A stretch of DNA of 64,000 nt from Balanoglossus misakiensis (lineage: Eukaryota > Animalia > Hemichordata), in NCBI GenBank assembly GCA_040954595.2, contig CM082593.2, positions 434,001 to 498,000 on the forward strand, read 5' to 3'. Shown here piece by piece: positions 13,827 through 26,942 of the stretch; positions within the stretch are counted from its first letter, which is position 1; each line of letters opens with the position of its first letter. The notes below the pieces were generated by a model. It did no database searches. It had not been told where the DNA came from and was given only the letters and a program-made list of their open reading frames with translations. A program made the position numbers and the translations under genes.

Positions 13827-14958
13827 TGTATTTTATGTCGCTTTTATGTCTAAATGTAACCATTCTTATCTTTCGCTATGTATTGAATTTTTCTGTTGGC
13901 TGGACTTTTAGTTATACTTCTTGCCCAGGGGATCAACCTCACACGTATGCGATCACACTAACCTGAACAAGCTTTCTCCAACCACAATTGTATAGCCTTG
14001 CATTTTATTTTATTCTGACATAGACTTGGGGAAAATCTAGGACTAGGGTTTCTTTCTCAAATTTCCAATATGTCGGTCTAATATATTGACTGACGAGATG
14101 GAATTTCAGATGTTAGGAGAGGGCTTCAAATGCAGCGATTATGCTGAGCTTGCCTGTCTGTAATCAATGAAGTTCAATTTTCACAGTAATTGTTGATGAA
14201 ATACTGAGGTTGAATTCTCATGTTAACATGATACTGTACAAAAGCAGCATGTCTTATAATTGAAGTATCAATGAAAGATACATCTGTTCAACCTGACGTT
14301 GCTGTCTGTTCAAATATAATTGTTGCTGGTTGCCACTGAGGTACGACATCACCATGTAGACTGAGGATAATGATGTCGAATAGATATTATATAAAATTTT
14401 GTCACAGCGTGAGAAGTAAAAACATCTAAATGAATTTGTTACATGTCTATGTGTCTTGATATGATTATAATATCAATTATTATGTTGGCTATGAGTTCGT
14501 CAATCTCCAACAACCTCACTTCGGTTCAAGCTAATGGAGCAAGCATTTGAAATGTCAAAAGAGATGGGTATCCATACAACAAATAAGAAAATGTAAGTGT
14601 CTGTGTCCCAGAAAGACATTAGAAATGCACTATACAGGCAGAAGAGGCATTTCCGTTCAGCTCCTGCAAAGGTTAGCTAGTTATACTGGCCATCATCAGG
14701 TTTTGTATGTGGTGATATTCAGTCTGTAAGATATTCTGTTATTTTACATCGTTTGTCGAAGTACAGCTCCAAATGGACTTCGGTGGGCATGCACCATTAT
14801 ATACATCTTTCATACGTCGGAAAATTGCACTCTTTAGAATTTCAGGATCCATTTACATTTTCTCGGCAGACCTGCAAGAGAAAATCTTGCGTTTATAAAC
14901 AGAAAGATCACACGTGCAGTTCAGACGTCGACACTCTCCTTTTATCTGATTGAAAGCT

Positions 14959-15267
14959 TCATCTTTGCAAAGATATTGTCACAAAAGTTGTGTATACGTG
15001 AACAGAATTACAGAATACTTGCCTAGTATCCCCATTAGCCTTATTCACACAGTTGGTTTCAATAACTCTGTCCATGTCTTTGTTTACAATTAGCTGTTGA
15101 CTTCGCTGACTTGAAATCTGTAACAACTGCTGCGTAGATTTTCCACTGGAATTGCAGTGTGTGGTCGAACTGAACAAAGATCGCTTTCTATGCGAAAACG
15201 ATGTATTTTGGCATCTAGACTTGTGTCTGCGATCCACACAACGAGCAAACATCTCCTTCATATCAGC
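14959..15267 (-). CDS. Neuropeptide GPCR, coding exon 4 of 4 (helix 8 and Ser/Thr-rich C-tail)
   Basis: Acceptor tttcag|GCT; ADMKEMFARC continues helix 8 (FR-ADM) to a candidate palmitoylated Cys; S/T-rich tail to TGA at 14961-14959. Spliced protein is 444 aa. Confidence 0.8.
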   Translation of the reverse strand, partial: ADMKEMFARCVDRRHKSRCQNTSFSHRKRSLFSSTTHCNSSGKSTQQLLQISSQRSQQLIVNKDMDRVIETNCVNKANGDTRQVFCNSVHVYTTFVTISLQR

Positions 15268-15765
15268 CTGAAACAGATGCATCAATAAATAACCAGGATT
15301 ATCAATAAATAATAATCTTCTAATTCTAGTAGCATTTGTGATTGTCAGATGAAGCCAAACCAAAATTGAGTTGGACAATGCATAGTGCTTTTTGTTCACT
15401 ATGAATAAAGCCATGTGTTTTGTTCACAATCACAAGTTATTAATAGGCTCAAACACCACTGTACCCCTGGGTACCTGGAGGCTTGGATGGCCTCGGGTAG
15501 CATTACTCAATATACATCATTGATAACTTGACAAAAAGAACGTCATCCCTTGGTCAAATTAAAACATCACTTTGGATGCTTAAAAGACATTTTTACAAGA
15601 AAATTATCGGCTCTTTATCAGTTTAAAACTGAATCATTTCCGACTAAAATGACATAAATCGGCTGATATACACATTCAGTCACAGTGTCTATGATTCAGT
15701 CATTGTGCAACTGTTCTTTACGTTTTACTAGAAAAAAAATGATTGGTCATAATGATGTCACTTAC

Positions 15766-15981
15766 CCGAAAGCCATCGTTTAAGAAGCTATAAATAAAAG
15801 GATTCATAAAACTATTCGACATAGCCAGCCACAGAACGCAGGCATTGATTTTCCGCAGCATATCTTGACGAGCTGGATCATCCACCAGATACGGATGTAA
15901 CTTTCCTACCAGGTTGAAAACTTGAAGTGGCAACCAACACAGGGCAAACATAAGCACAACCACAATTAACATTTTGACGAC
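15766..15981 (-). CDS. Neuropeptide GPCR, coding exon 3 of 4 (TM6-TM7)
   Basis: Acceptor ttgcag|GTC; VVKMLIVVVLMFALCWLP (CWxP) ... WLAMSNSFMNPFIY (NPxxY); donor CGG|GTAAGT; 216 nt, phase 0/0. Confidence 0.93.
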
Positions 15982-17227
15982 CTGCAATGAAATTTAAAAA
16001 AATGCTTCTGTCAATGTTACTGCCACTGTGCTTTGTTGTGAAAGTGGAAATATTCTCATTCTAGTTCTGCGCGACCATTGGGCATATGCAGAGATTGTAC
16101 ACCTCCCAATTTTTGTGGACACACACAAGGGCCAACACAAAGACAGCCAGACATTGGTGTGCACACAGGTCATCTATTTTCATCTGCACTCATTTAATTT
16201 GTATTTAATTTGTTCCGACTTATTTGAGATAAAAACGTTAGAAAACAAGGTAAATGCAATTTTTCTCTCATTTTTTCGGCAATAACCTGTTCTGGTTGGC
16301 AGGTAGCCACATATACACAAGAAATACTGCAATTTTGCTTGTTTTCTAGCCGTTTGCCATGCAGGACTCTGCAAAAAGTAAATGAGCGTATACTAAAATA
16401 GACGAACGCGAGGTAATTACATTATTTTTATTTATGACCATATATTTGACAATATGAACCTTAATTGCTCAATTCAACAATGCCTGTGGATGATACTGAT
16501 AATCAAAAAGGCAGTGCCTTGGTATTACCTCATGTACACAATACACAATATCATACACATCTGAAAACTAAGGCATAAACAGTTAAAATAACATAATAAG
16601 CTACATGACCAGAAACATGGAAAGCATTAACACAAAAATTTACTGACAAATATTTGTTTTGAACTGCTTTTGGATAAAACTAGTCTTATTTTTGGAATTA
16701 TTTGTCCAGGATTTCATGGAACTAAAACATTTCCTGGAAGGAGGTAGTGGGGAAAAGATTATTCACCAGGTTGAAGACATTTGCAATGATTTGATGTGTG
16801 TTTTAGGCCAACGGCATAAACTGAGTTGAGAGATGGAAGTCGCATCCAATCATTTTGGAAGTGGTTGTGACTACATTTTTCTGTCTTATGTTGCCGAAGC
16901 AAACAGTGAATGAAATGTTGTGAAGGAGGGAAGAGATTTGAGGTCAACTCTTATCTTTGTAATATCCTCTCAATTATGAACGTCTGGTATTAATTGAAAT
17001 ATCAAACGAACAATTAAAACATATTGTAAGTGCATGGCAATAAATGTTGAAGCATATGTGCTCTTCCTACTCTTCAAACAAGTTTCATATGATCGTCATA
17101 AAATAACATATTGTCAACAAAATGGAATTCTGTGACTCTTTAAGTTTAAGCCAAATGTGGTCACGTCAGTGTTTTAGGTGGAACCCAAGACAGATATTTC
17201 TGGTGAACTATCCCAATCAAAACGTAC

Positions 17228-17629
17228 CTTTTTCTTGGAGTTAGCGCAGGACTTGTCTCTCTGTGCGTCTGCATTCCCGGGCAGTTTTCTCCCCCACAAT
17301 TTTCTTCCAATTCTCATGTAAGTGAAGAGTAGGACAGACAGAGGCAAGAAATATGAAATCACCATAATGACTAGTTCATGGACTGTTGCCGCTGTCTCTG
17401 AGGGCCACCATTCCGTGCAAAAATGAACAGTCTTTCCTGCATAATCAAACGATCTTGCTCGTGCAAAGACGGCTTGTACGATAGACAGCAAGATTGATAT
17501 CAACCATATCGCTCCGATAAGTATTTTTCCTTTGTTCTTCGTCACTCTAACAGTCAAAGGCTGCATGACGGCAAAATAGCGATCCATGCCAACGACAGTC
17601 AGCGTGTAAACACTAACAAAGACGGATAC
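17228..17629 (-). CDS. Neuropeptide GPCR, coding exon 2 of 4 (TM3 DRY to ICL3)
   Basis: Acceptor ttcag|GTA at 17630/17629; VSVFVSVYTLTVVGMDRY...FCTEWW...YFLPL...KLWGRKLPGNADAQRDKSCANSKKK; donor AAG|GTACGT; 402 nt, phase 0/0. Confidence 0.93.
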
Positions 17630-17656
17630 CTGAATAATAAACAAGAAAGATAATAC

Positions 17657-17826
17657 TACTGTAAAATGGGGAATTTCAAAAGAGGCAACTGATAAGCGAC
17701 GATTAATTTTTTGCGTTCTCGTATTTCACTGTATCGTTATCTCCGAAAAACATTGTTACGTGACGTTTTTTGTTTCGCGTTTTGGGGGCTCTTGCGTAGT
17801 TCGCAAAAATGTCCTGTTTCACAGTA
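17657..17826. mobile_element. Short MITE (TA-CTGT...ACAG-TA ends) in GPCR intron 1
   Basis: TACTGTAAAATGGGGA ... TCCTGTTTCACAGTA form imperfect TIRs flanked by TA. A related left end occurs at 22634-22700. Confidence 0.6.
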
Positions 17827-19821
17827 TTTTTACCTGATATTATTTTACACGTCAACGACAGCCTATCATCAAAGAAACCACAAATTTTATTCAATGGTTG
17901 GCATCTATAGTATAAAACATTACCAAATTAAAACAGTTATTATCGTAAATCGCCCGGAAGCAAAATACAAATCGGTGTAAGCTAAACAGAGGCAATTACT
18001 CGACCACATCATCAGGTAATTGATTAATTTTGCTGTTCTAAACTTCATCAAAGACGTGAAAAACGTGAAAGGATATTAAATATTGTACATAAGAGACACA
18101 ATTATACACCACAGAAAAAAATGATATCAGTATGTGTACTGTATGCATCGACACTAATATTTAATAATTCATGATGATGTTATCATGACTAGTTTACATG
18201 CAGGTCTCTTCTGGGTTGCAATTAACCCCTGCCAGGGCTAGAGGTGTGTGTAAAAAGACATTCCAAATTATACCACCCCTTCCAGAAATTCAAACCCTGC
18301 CCATATCAATATTATCTAGTTTGGCGTAGTATTATATATCGTGTTGCTGACTGAATCAGGGAATGAATCCCTCAAAATTACTCCTGACTATAGAAACAAT
18401 TGCTCTTATTAACCTAATGCGAATCTGATATGCCATGTTGTATCTGTAGATTCTATAATGCCATTGCAGGCATAAATTGAACACCAATTCCGGAAAACTT
18501 ACAGCAGCGATTTGCATGAAAATAAGAAGGTGAAAGCCAACATTTCTTCATTGCTTTAAAAACGACTCCCCGATACATTTTAATATAGAAAAGTATTGAA
18601 AAGTTTAAAGGACTTTATGTTTTCATATAATTTGTCCCTGAGGCGCACATAACCAAGGCTCGCTGTATTTTTGCACTTAATGTTTCGCAAAATCCAATAA
18701 CTTTCAGAGTAAAAAAACCAATTCACACGTCCGGTCTGTATGTTTCAGTTAATTTACATGTAGATTAGATTTTTACTGTTTCCTTGTCTATTTATTCTTT
18801 GTTCCTTGAAGAAGAAAGATATAATCAAAATCCAGAAGCAGAAATGGGTCTTAAATTATATAGCTGTATTAAGTGCAAGTAAAAATTGGGTTCTCAGCGT
18901 CAGCAGATGAATGTCCAATCAAAGTGATTTCATAAATATTACCTTCACAGAAAAAAATGTATTTGTAACTTTGTTGAATGTGTGAAAGTTATTTGGCGTA
19001 TTAAGATTCTAACTATGAGCATCAGAAATGGTATTGATTGCTGACTTGAAGATAACAAAAAGATGAGTTAAGTGTATACATACTATATGTGTAAAAGATA
19101 TGGCTTTTGAGTGGATCCTGAATAATACATGGATGCCCTTACACACATTGCTGCCGTTAGGATTAAATTTCATAATTGAGTCAATTTAATATGGATACTT
19201 GTCAAGTGGCTGTCTGTGTGGTCAAAGACAGAGTTGTGGTGAAAAAGAAAGATAAAAGGAAACGCTTCATCAGGGCTTAACAATGAAGGCTAGTTTCTAA
19301 ATAGATGGAAAAGATGAATTCACAACGAAGCGGAATTATAGGTTGAAAACGTGCATCAATTAGAAAGATTGGTGTAATATACACACAACTGGGTGGTACC
19401 GGTCTCGAACGCAATGATCTTGATAGTATGTGAATTGAGCTCTGGAAAGCATTGTTTAGTTGGTGAAATTATGCGATTAGTGGAAACTTTGTTCGAATGA
19501 CCAAAGCACTGTTGTTGTTGTTTCAAACCAGAAACACTGACAAAAACTGATAAATTTAACACTGCGCACCAAATTGCAAATTCAGTTGTAATTGCTTACT
19601 GTAAAATGATATCAATAATGATTTTTGATAATTCATGTAATGCAAAGGTCACATTGGATTACTTAGCTTATTTAATGACATGATCAAAATACATACATAC
19701 ACATTGGATGTATGACCAACAGGCTACATGAGGTAAACTGTTGCACATACATAACTCACATATCGCACTTGCACAAAATCCTTTTAATAAAGGTAATGGT
19801 GACTATATCGTAGTTACTTAC

Positions 19822-20229
19822 ATGTTGTAGAAAGATGACTGTTGGGCACATACCAAAGCTGAATATCCAGTGACCATACATAATGGTTGCGAAAGTAAAT
19901 GGCATACAAAACACAGCCATCGTCAAATCTGCTAAGGCAAGGTTGATCAGAAACCTGTTCAAGACTGTTCTAGCTCGACCAAAGAACAGAACTACGATCA
20001 CTCCAATGTTTCCTATGATTGACAGCGCAATGTTAACGCTAAATGCACAAATTAAGGCCGTCCTCCATTCGTAAGGCAACGCCATATCGTCCATATAAAA
20101 GTCCAAATCCGCGTTGTGTTTATCCTCATCCTCAATATTCCATAGAGTGTTATTCATATAAGCTCGGATCAAAGCTTCAATGAGATCCCACGACGGTGTG
20201 GTGAAATTCGTGGTTTTGTTAACATCCAT
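19822..20229 (-). CDS. Neuropeptide GPCR (class A; tachykinin/leucokinin/luqin/GPR83-like), coding exon 1 of 4 (N-terminus to start of TM3)
   Basis: ATG at 20229, N-glycosylation sequons (NKT, NFT, NNT), TM1 GN, TM2 NLALAD, WIF..MC of ECL1. Donor CAT|GTAAGT at 19822/19821, phase 0, 408 nt. Confidence 0.92.
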
Positions 20230-22633
20230 ATCGTTGCATGGCGATTCAAAACTATTGTGATTACGTCTTATGCCATCTACCAGTACATTCCTTTGGGTGA
20301 GATGTATTTTGGTGGCTCAGTCAGAGACAACCCATGTGTCCGGCATTTGGTGGCATCAGAAGCAGACCTGGATTGGACAAAACACCAACACACTGTCTTA
20401 CTGTTAGTGAGAGAGACTGGAATATGCACCAGTAGCCTGTCACTACTAAGGTGATATATCGTACTAACAAAGGCATACAAATTACAAACCAGCATTAACA
20501 AAGTGATCTAAATTATACATTTTGTGACGTTTATGCGGGTTGTTGTCTGGGTGTCGCTTTCAGTCTGTGACGTATCAGCCGCAGTAGCAGTAGAAATATT
20601 GAGTTTGAGGCTTCCACCAATCACGTCACAAATTTCATCAGCTCGCTGCATTGCCACAAGAGGGCTTCATTTCAAAAGTAGCCCCAAAGACCACATATTC
20701 TATTACAGAACCATGAGTGTTACAATAGTATACACAGCTTGAGGCCAATAGGTGTGTAATTTACTGCTGTACCATGTACCGTACCTCGTATCATCCTGAC
20801 CAATTAACCTGTCCTTTACATGGGCTTATTACTGTCATTTTTCAGTACATTCTGTTCTGGGTCAAAACTGTTATTGCTGTAGTCTAATGTAAACCATTTC
20901 ATTTTAGCCAGCATGTTATTTCAGCAAGATGTATATATTCACAAATTTATGATGCAGCTAATTTAAAATTTTCTGTATATTTACTTTGATCAACCAGGTG
21001 TTTTTATAGCTGAAATAATAACCTGCTGAACATACTGAATATCCTAATTCACTAAAAAGCATGAATGTAATTAACGTTTTAAACTTTAAAGTATGTCGCG
21101 ATGTCATTCATATATTGCCAAGGATGTTTAATGCACATGTCAGGATTTGGCCATAAACAGGCCTTTGATGATGAAGCACATCTTGAATATTAAAGTTACA
21201 AGTGCATCTAACCAATGAGGAACAGATTACTTCACTGGAATCATCAAATCCATCAGATAAACCATTTACTGATTAAAGCAACAACGCCGGAGTAGCCTGG
21301 GAACACACTCACTGGACGTGTTCTTTGAAACCAGCAATGTTATTTTCTGAGTGTGTACTTACATGTATATCTTCAGAAATTTTGAGTTAGCTAAATGTAA
21401 ATACTGTCCTGATACCAGTTTTCGCTAGCTGTCTGTTGTTTGCGCCTTGCTTTATATAGATGACATAAATTGGAGCACCTGTTTTTATGAGGTAATTACA
21501 TGGATTTTATTGATACCATCATGACGGTAAATAGCGTACAATGATCCGATTTGCATTTTATGTTTGCATTTCCTTTGTTCAGTCATATATGCACTGACCT
21601 GCAAAAATTGTTCACTATATGTAGGGCAGCATAACCATTCAAATGATTCACTAGAAGTAGATTTTCACTTAAAAGGGGGAATGCAATTCATCTGACATGG
21701 ACAGCAGAAGAAACGTATTTTAAGGGGGGACAGCCACCAAGAAGAGGGTTGAGAATTAAGTCAAAAAACGGTAGGCAGAACTTTAAAGGTACAAATGTAT
21801 ACGGTCACCTCTATAAATTTACGTTTGCCTATACATGGTCACAGAGCGTGTCTCAGTGTTCGAAGGACCATGTGGTGGCACACGTTTTTCCCCCGTGTGC
21901 CACTGTGAATAAGCTGCAAGGGCCGCGGTCAACTGCAGTCCAATAAAAACTTGTTAAGGAGGTCGACCAACTAGTCAGAGAAACTGTTCTTCAGAAAGTG
22001 AAATCGTCCATGAGTTCACCGTGTTGAGACATTTTTAGTTCATAGCCACACAAGCAGTCAGGGATATCTGAATTTTTAATGACCATGTAAGGCTGGAAGC
22101 TCTAGTCACTTCCAAAGTGATTGGAATGTAGTGAAACCGGCATACGATTTGTGGATGAATATGGCTTAATACACATAAAATGCCAGGAGAGGATGAAAAT
22201 CCTCAGATATATGAGCAAGACAAGTAATATGACTCCCTTGCGCTGCTGTTGGCCATTATAGGTTTCCTTCCCAGTATGAAGCCTGCAAAAAACTTCCAGG
22301 AAAGATTGAAGGCAGATTGTACTTTCCATTTGAAAATTAATGACGTGAGTGATATGGGGCATGGATCGCCAACAGACAATGGTGACATTCAAACATGCCG
22401 ATTGATCAAATGTACAGAATTGCCCGCTCTGAAGTGTTCAACAGAAACGGTTCAAACAGTGCAATTCAGAGGTGTTGAGTGGGAAGATTCACGATTTCAA
22501 CGACCTACTGGCTAAGGAAATCAAGTCTCACTGTGCAGGTGGAAGCACTGTACATGCCGAGATGATGCACATAGGTCATGAAGTGCTGTGATATTTAACT
22601 TTTACCTGCCAGCCTATCAGAGACTTTGCCAAC

Positions 22634-22700
22634 TACTGTAAAACAGGAAATTTTTCGCGATATCAACAGAGGCGACTATTCCGCGACAAGTAATTTTCAC
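22634..22700. mobile_element. Partial second copy of the 17657-17826 MITE family
   Basis: TACTGTAAAACAGGAAAT...TCAACAGAGGCGACTATTCCGCGACAAGTAATTTTC aligns with TACTGTAAAATGGGGAAT-TTCAAAAGAGGCAACTGATAAGCGACGATTAATTTTT, and its start is a near-perfect reverse complement of the right TIR of the first copy. Confidence 0.55.
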
Positions 22701-25279
22701 TTTCTCTTTATCTGTAAATATTATTCTATTGTACACGCTGTTCTTCCACGACAATGATATATTCATTAAGATACTCACCCAGTTGAGCAACAGCCCAGTC
22801 TTGTACTGTTTTCACAATAAAGAAATGTGACATCTTCGGTTTACCAATAGTGGTAGAAATATCGTGTTTATGTCATGAGTATTCAGTGTAAACCACCTAA
22901 CCTCGTAGTATATTATTCAACTTACTTGTATTTGAATTAGCGTACCTACCCGTATTGTGAATTTATTTGAACAATACGAGACCCGGTTGTAAAAAAAAGA
23001 CATGGTAGGAACTTTGGATGAACTCTTTCATGATATTTTCATGCTGGGTGCTATTAATGCTAATTGATGTAAACCATTCGGGCTCCATGTTATAATCCCT
23101 ATGGGTGGGGTACAGAATCGAACTTTTTTTCATATTATGGGTGGGTGCAACCCAAGTTCAAAGTAACCATTTCATAAATGTACCCATTGTTCAGTATTTC
23201 TGGTCAAAATGTACTTTCTATATCTTCGGGTGATTCACCGTTGTTCACCTTTCTGTGGGAGTACCATCTGGAGGATAGCTCTTAGTCACATTTGCATTTC
23301 ACCTCAGATATTGCCAGCCGTCATGTCGCGATCTCATGTTAATGCTATAAATACAGATGTGGTAGTAATATATCAAAGGGCGTCATTTTAGCCTACAGTG
23401 TAGAATCTTACATCTCCTCTACGCTTGGCATTTCTGTGACTTTGAGTGGGCCTGGGCTTCTCGTGCATGTGAAAGTTGCAGTTCCATAACAACTGATATG
23501 TGCCCCTCATTCTATAAATTACACAAATCTAGAAATTAAAGCTAGTCCTCTTTCACCCATACATTTCCATCCAATTAAATATCAATCAATCAATGTTAGA
23601 TGCAAGTGAAAAAATCAAATAACACCTGTATTGAACCATTTGTGTTAAATAAACACACACGTCGCAGCCTGAATTTTCATGTTGACAAGTGGGTGCCTGT
23701 TTTTTAATAGCACTGATTACTATTTATCGAATGCCCAAAAGTCTTTGATTGAAAACAGAGATATTGTTGCATTATATCAGTCTGTATTTATAAGGGGGCT
23801 AGCTGTTTGACATCCTTCACATGCTTTCATTAAAATTATTATTGATATATTGTCAATAGCAACTCATGATTAATGGTTTGTAAATCAAAATGCTGCCTGG
23901 GCAGATCCCTTTTGATACTGCATGTATTGTACTTTTTTCATCAAGGCAGGAACCATTAGAGTTTGGGGGTTTAAAGAGCCTAACAAATTTGTTGCATTCG
24001 TTTCAGATTTGCGGCAAATATGTTAGATTCTTACAGCTTATTTCTCTATTTCGTCTCCCCCATCCTTTCACATGATTAATCTCACATCATTTAGTCATGC
24101 ACACGCAATAATAATTGTTCAGCTATTTTGCCATTTGATACTGCTGTTGCAAACAGTTGTGTGCGTTTTAAGTTCACCAGAATGTCGGTTGCTGTTTGTG
24201 TCCACATTTACAATTTCCATGAGACAGGCTTTATTCCACTTTGTGATGTTGGTAACATATCGCACGTAGCATTGTCCGTAAACAGGCCCCTGGTTCGATC
24301 ACTGAGGCCAGCAACTTGCCGAACATGAAGGTCCATTCTGTTAACATCTGGTTGTAATGTCTTCATACCTCTACTATTTACTTTTTATTGTAATTTAAAC
24401 TGAAATATGCCTACAATGATCTACCTTCTATAAGTTAAAAAAAGATGCAATTGTTCATTAGAAATGTATCAGTTTCATCTATTGCATTGATAAAATGATG
24501 ACAGATGTTGGGACTTTATTTTCACTCATGCCATGCAACAATATGTGAGAATACATGCAGGTAGGTTTTTAGTTGTGCCTATTAATAGAACAGCACATAT
24601 TAAAATGTACTATTCACTTTCTTAAGTATGGTGAAAGTGAAGTTTTATGAGTTCAATTCGAATAATGTGAAAAACGTCGCATAATTTTGTTAGATATCGC
24701 TTAAAAATGTGAACGCACTGATTGCCCGGAGACAAATTCAAAAGATATCTTCACTCAGTAATATCTCAGCATCTTTTGGTACATTTATATTTGTTCAGTT
24801 TGCTGGTGAGTCAGTTTATTTTGTTTAAGCAAATGCAAATAAGCGTACCACAACCGTGGCCCCGTGAATATCAGTAAAATGTTTAACTTTTTTGTTAGCA
24901 GGATTCAAAATATAGTTTTGCAGTAATCACATCATTCTCAAAGTATCATGATGAAATTATTTTAGTTTATTTTGCATTTTGCCATATTTGATTAAAATAT
25001 ACATCACACAATACAAATGGATATTTAAATAAATTTTGCCATCGCGGTTGAACTGTTCTGTTGATGTCGGCAACAGAAAAAAGGTACCAGTCTGTACCTT
25101 ATGCAAATTTGGAGCATATTTTTGCTGTCACACACTTTGATTAGATCAGCGCTTGCAGTGTTCTTTCTCCATGGAGAATTTCTCTAACCTGGAATCTCTC
25201 ACTGCATTGTTAAAAAGGTACTCGAAGATATAAACATCTCAGGCAGTGATTATGCCATATTCACCAAATAAACTAGCTT

Positions 25280-26178
25280 TCACCTGCAGCCACACTCTGC
25301 AACTACCATGCCTTCATATTTATACTTGTACGTCACAACGCCCTCTTCGTCATAATACAGAATTGACACCGGTTCTAGTTTTGTTGGCACGCAACAAGCG
25401 CGAGACGTTTTACTTGAGTCAACAGAATGCATTAATGTTTGTACAATCGCGTGTTTTGTGGGAGACCAATGGGCAGGCAACGGAAATGAACATTTTCCAG
25501 CGCATTGGAAAGCTTCATAACTTTTTGGAGCAATAATCCAATCATCCCAGTTTATATCTTTGAAAACTACGTGTAATGGCTGCTTCCTGCAGAGATTTTT
25601 CTGGGATGCACCGCGTTTTATCCTTTGTAAGGGGTTCAACTTCTCTGCTTTCATACTGCGTGAAACATCAAGTTCATGATTGATGAGTTCTTTTCTTTCT
25701 TCAAGCCTCTCCACACGCTTTCCGATACTTCGATCATTGGAGAATACGACCAGAATTGGCTCCCTTTTGTCACCTTGGTTCATGTCAATCCAGATATCCC
25801 CGGCCGCGATCTCAGCAATGGTTTCCACACGTAAAAGTAAACGATGCACACTACTGTATTCCTTTGCCCATTTCCTGACTGTGGTCGATATATCCAAGGT
25901 CTGCCATCCATCTTGGGTTTCGTAAGAATACTTCGAAGATGCCAAAGCCATTTCCGACGATGTGTACTCAAAGATAGTCATTCGGTACATCACACCACCT
26001 TGGTTGCCCAGACTACGAACTCTAGCATAGATTCGAAGTTCCGCCATGTTGACCCATTCGTGTCGAGGGACACTAACATTAAAGATCAAACTATATTCTC
26101 TTTGGAGTTTCCTCTCCAACATGTCTTCTTCATCGATTAAATTCATTTCTGAATTGTTCTCCCAGTCATCGCCAACAT
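25280..26178 (-). CDS. BMP10: BMP9/10-type (GDF2/BMP10) precursor, exon 2 of 2 (prodomain, RIKR furin site, 7-Cys cystine-knot ligand)
   Basis: Acceptor ttacag|AT at 26179/26178 is in phase 1 with exon 1 (total 467 aa). The mature domain has the BMP9/10-type SPTKHAIVQTL and CCVPTKLEPVSILY...GVVTYKYKYEGMVVAECGCR sequences. Confidence 0.93.
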
Positions 26179-26942
26179 CTGTAATTTAAAATTTAAAACA
26201 CTTTCACTGGAGTTATTTGGAAAAAAACATTAACAGGACCACTTTGTTCAGTAGTGCAATGGCTTTTCAAATGAAATGTACTTAAGTTTATCTCAAAAGC
26301 TGATATCGAATTCTGCTGGACATTTTGTCTGGTTATTGTCATGTTAGACCCATTATGTAGACGTCCTTGTAGGGTACAGACATTCGAATCCAGAATTTCA
26401 TCATAGTACATAGCATATCATGCCAATGTTGGAAGCTTTACTGTAACGCACCATGTTTGATAGCACATGTAAGCGTTGAAGGAATCCACACTTTATTTAA
26501 TATACCGATACTGTATCGAAGAATGAAGTAATGCGATTTAAGTTTTAAACTGAAATCATAAACCAGTATTATGTCAAGCTAGTATCAAATGTTTGACAGA
26601 GGAATAGAAATGGAGATGATGCATGTGTTATTCAATATGTGATTGTGAGAAAGAACAAAATGATTTCAAGCATCGTTGATTACAAATTAAATTGTTTGTG
26701 TTATTCTATACATCATCAGACAGGCAGCAACCTACCAACAACAGGATGAGGTAAAAACTGCCCTAGCTGGTCATCAGAATTTGACTGAATGTGACACAGG
26801 ATCACTGTAGCAATCTCCATGTCTCAAGCTCACCAATTCTGATGACAGTGAGTCTGCTAACCTCGCCACTGGACCGCGATGCAATGAAGAAATGATAAAT
26901 ATATAAAAGTAAGTCAAGTTTAAGTATAGTTTGTCTAATTAC

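Noticed and set aside
25246-26140. Plus-strand ORFs overlapping BMP9/10 exon 2 (similar shadows at 19883-20074, 27293-27556 and 55707-56313)
   Set aside because: They are antisense shadows of real coding exons.
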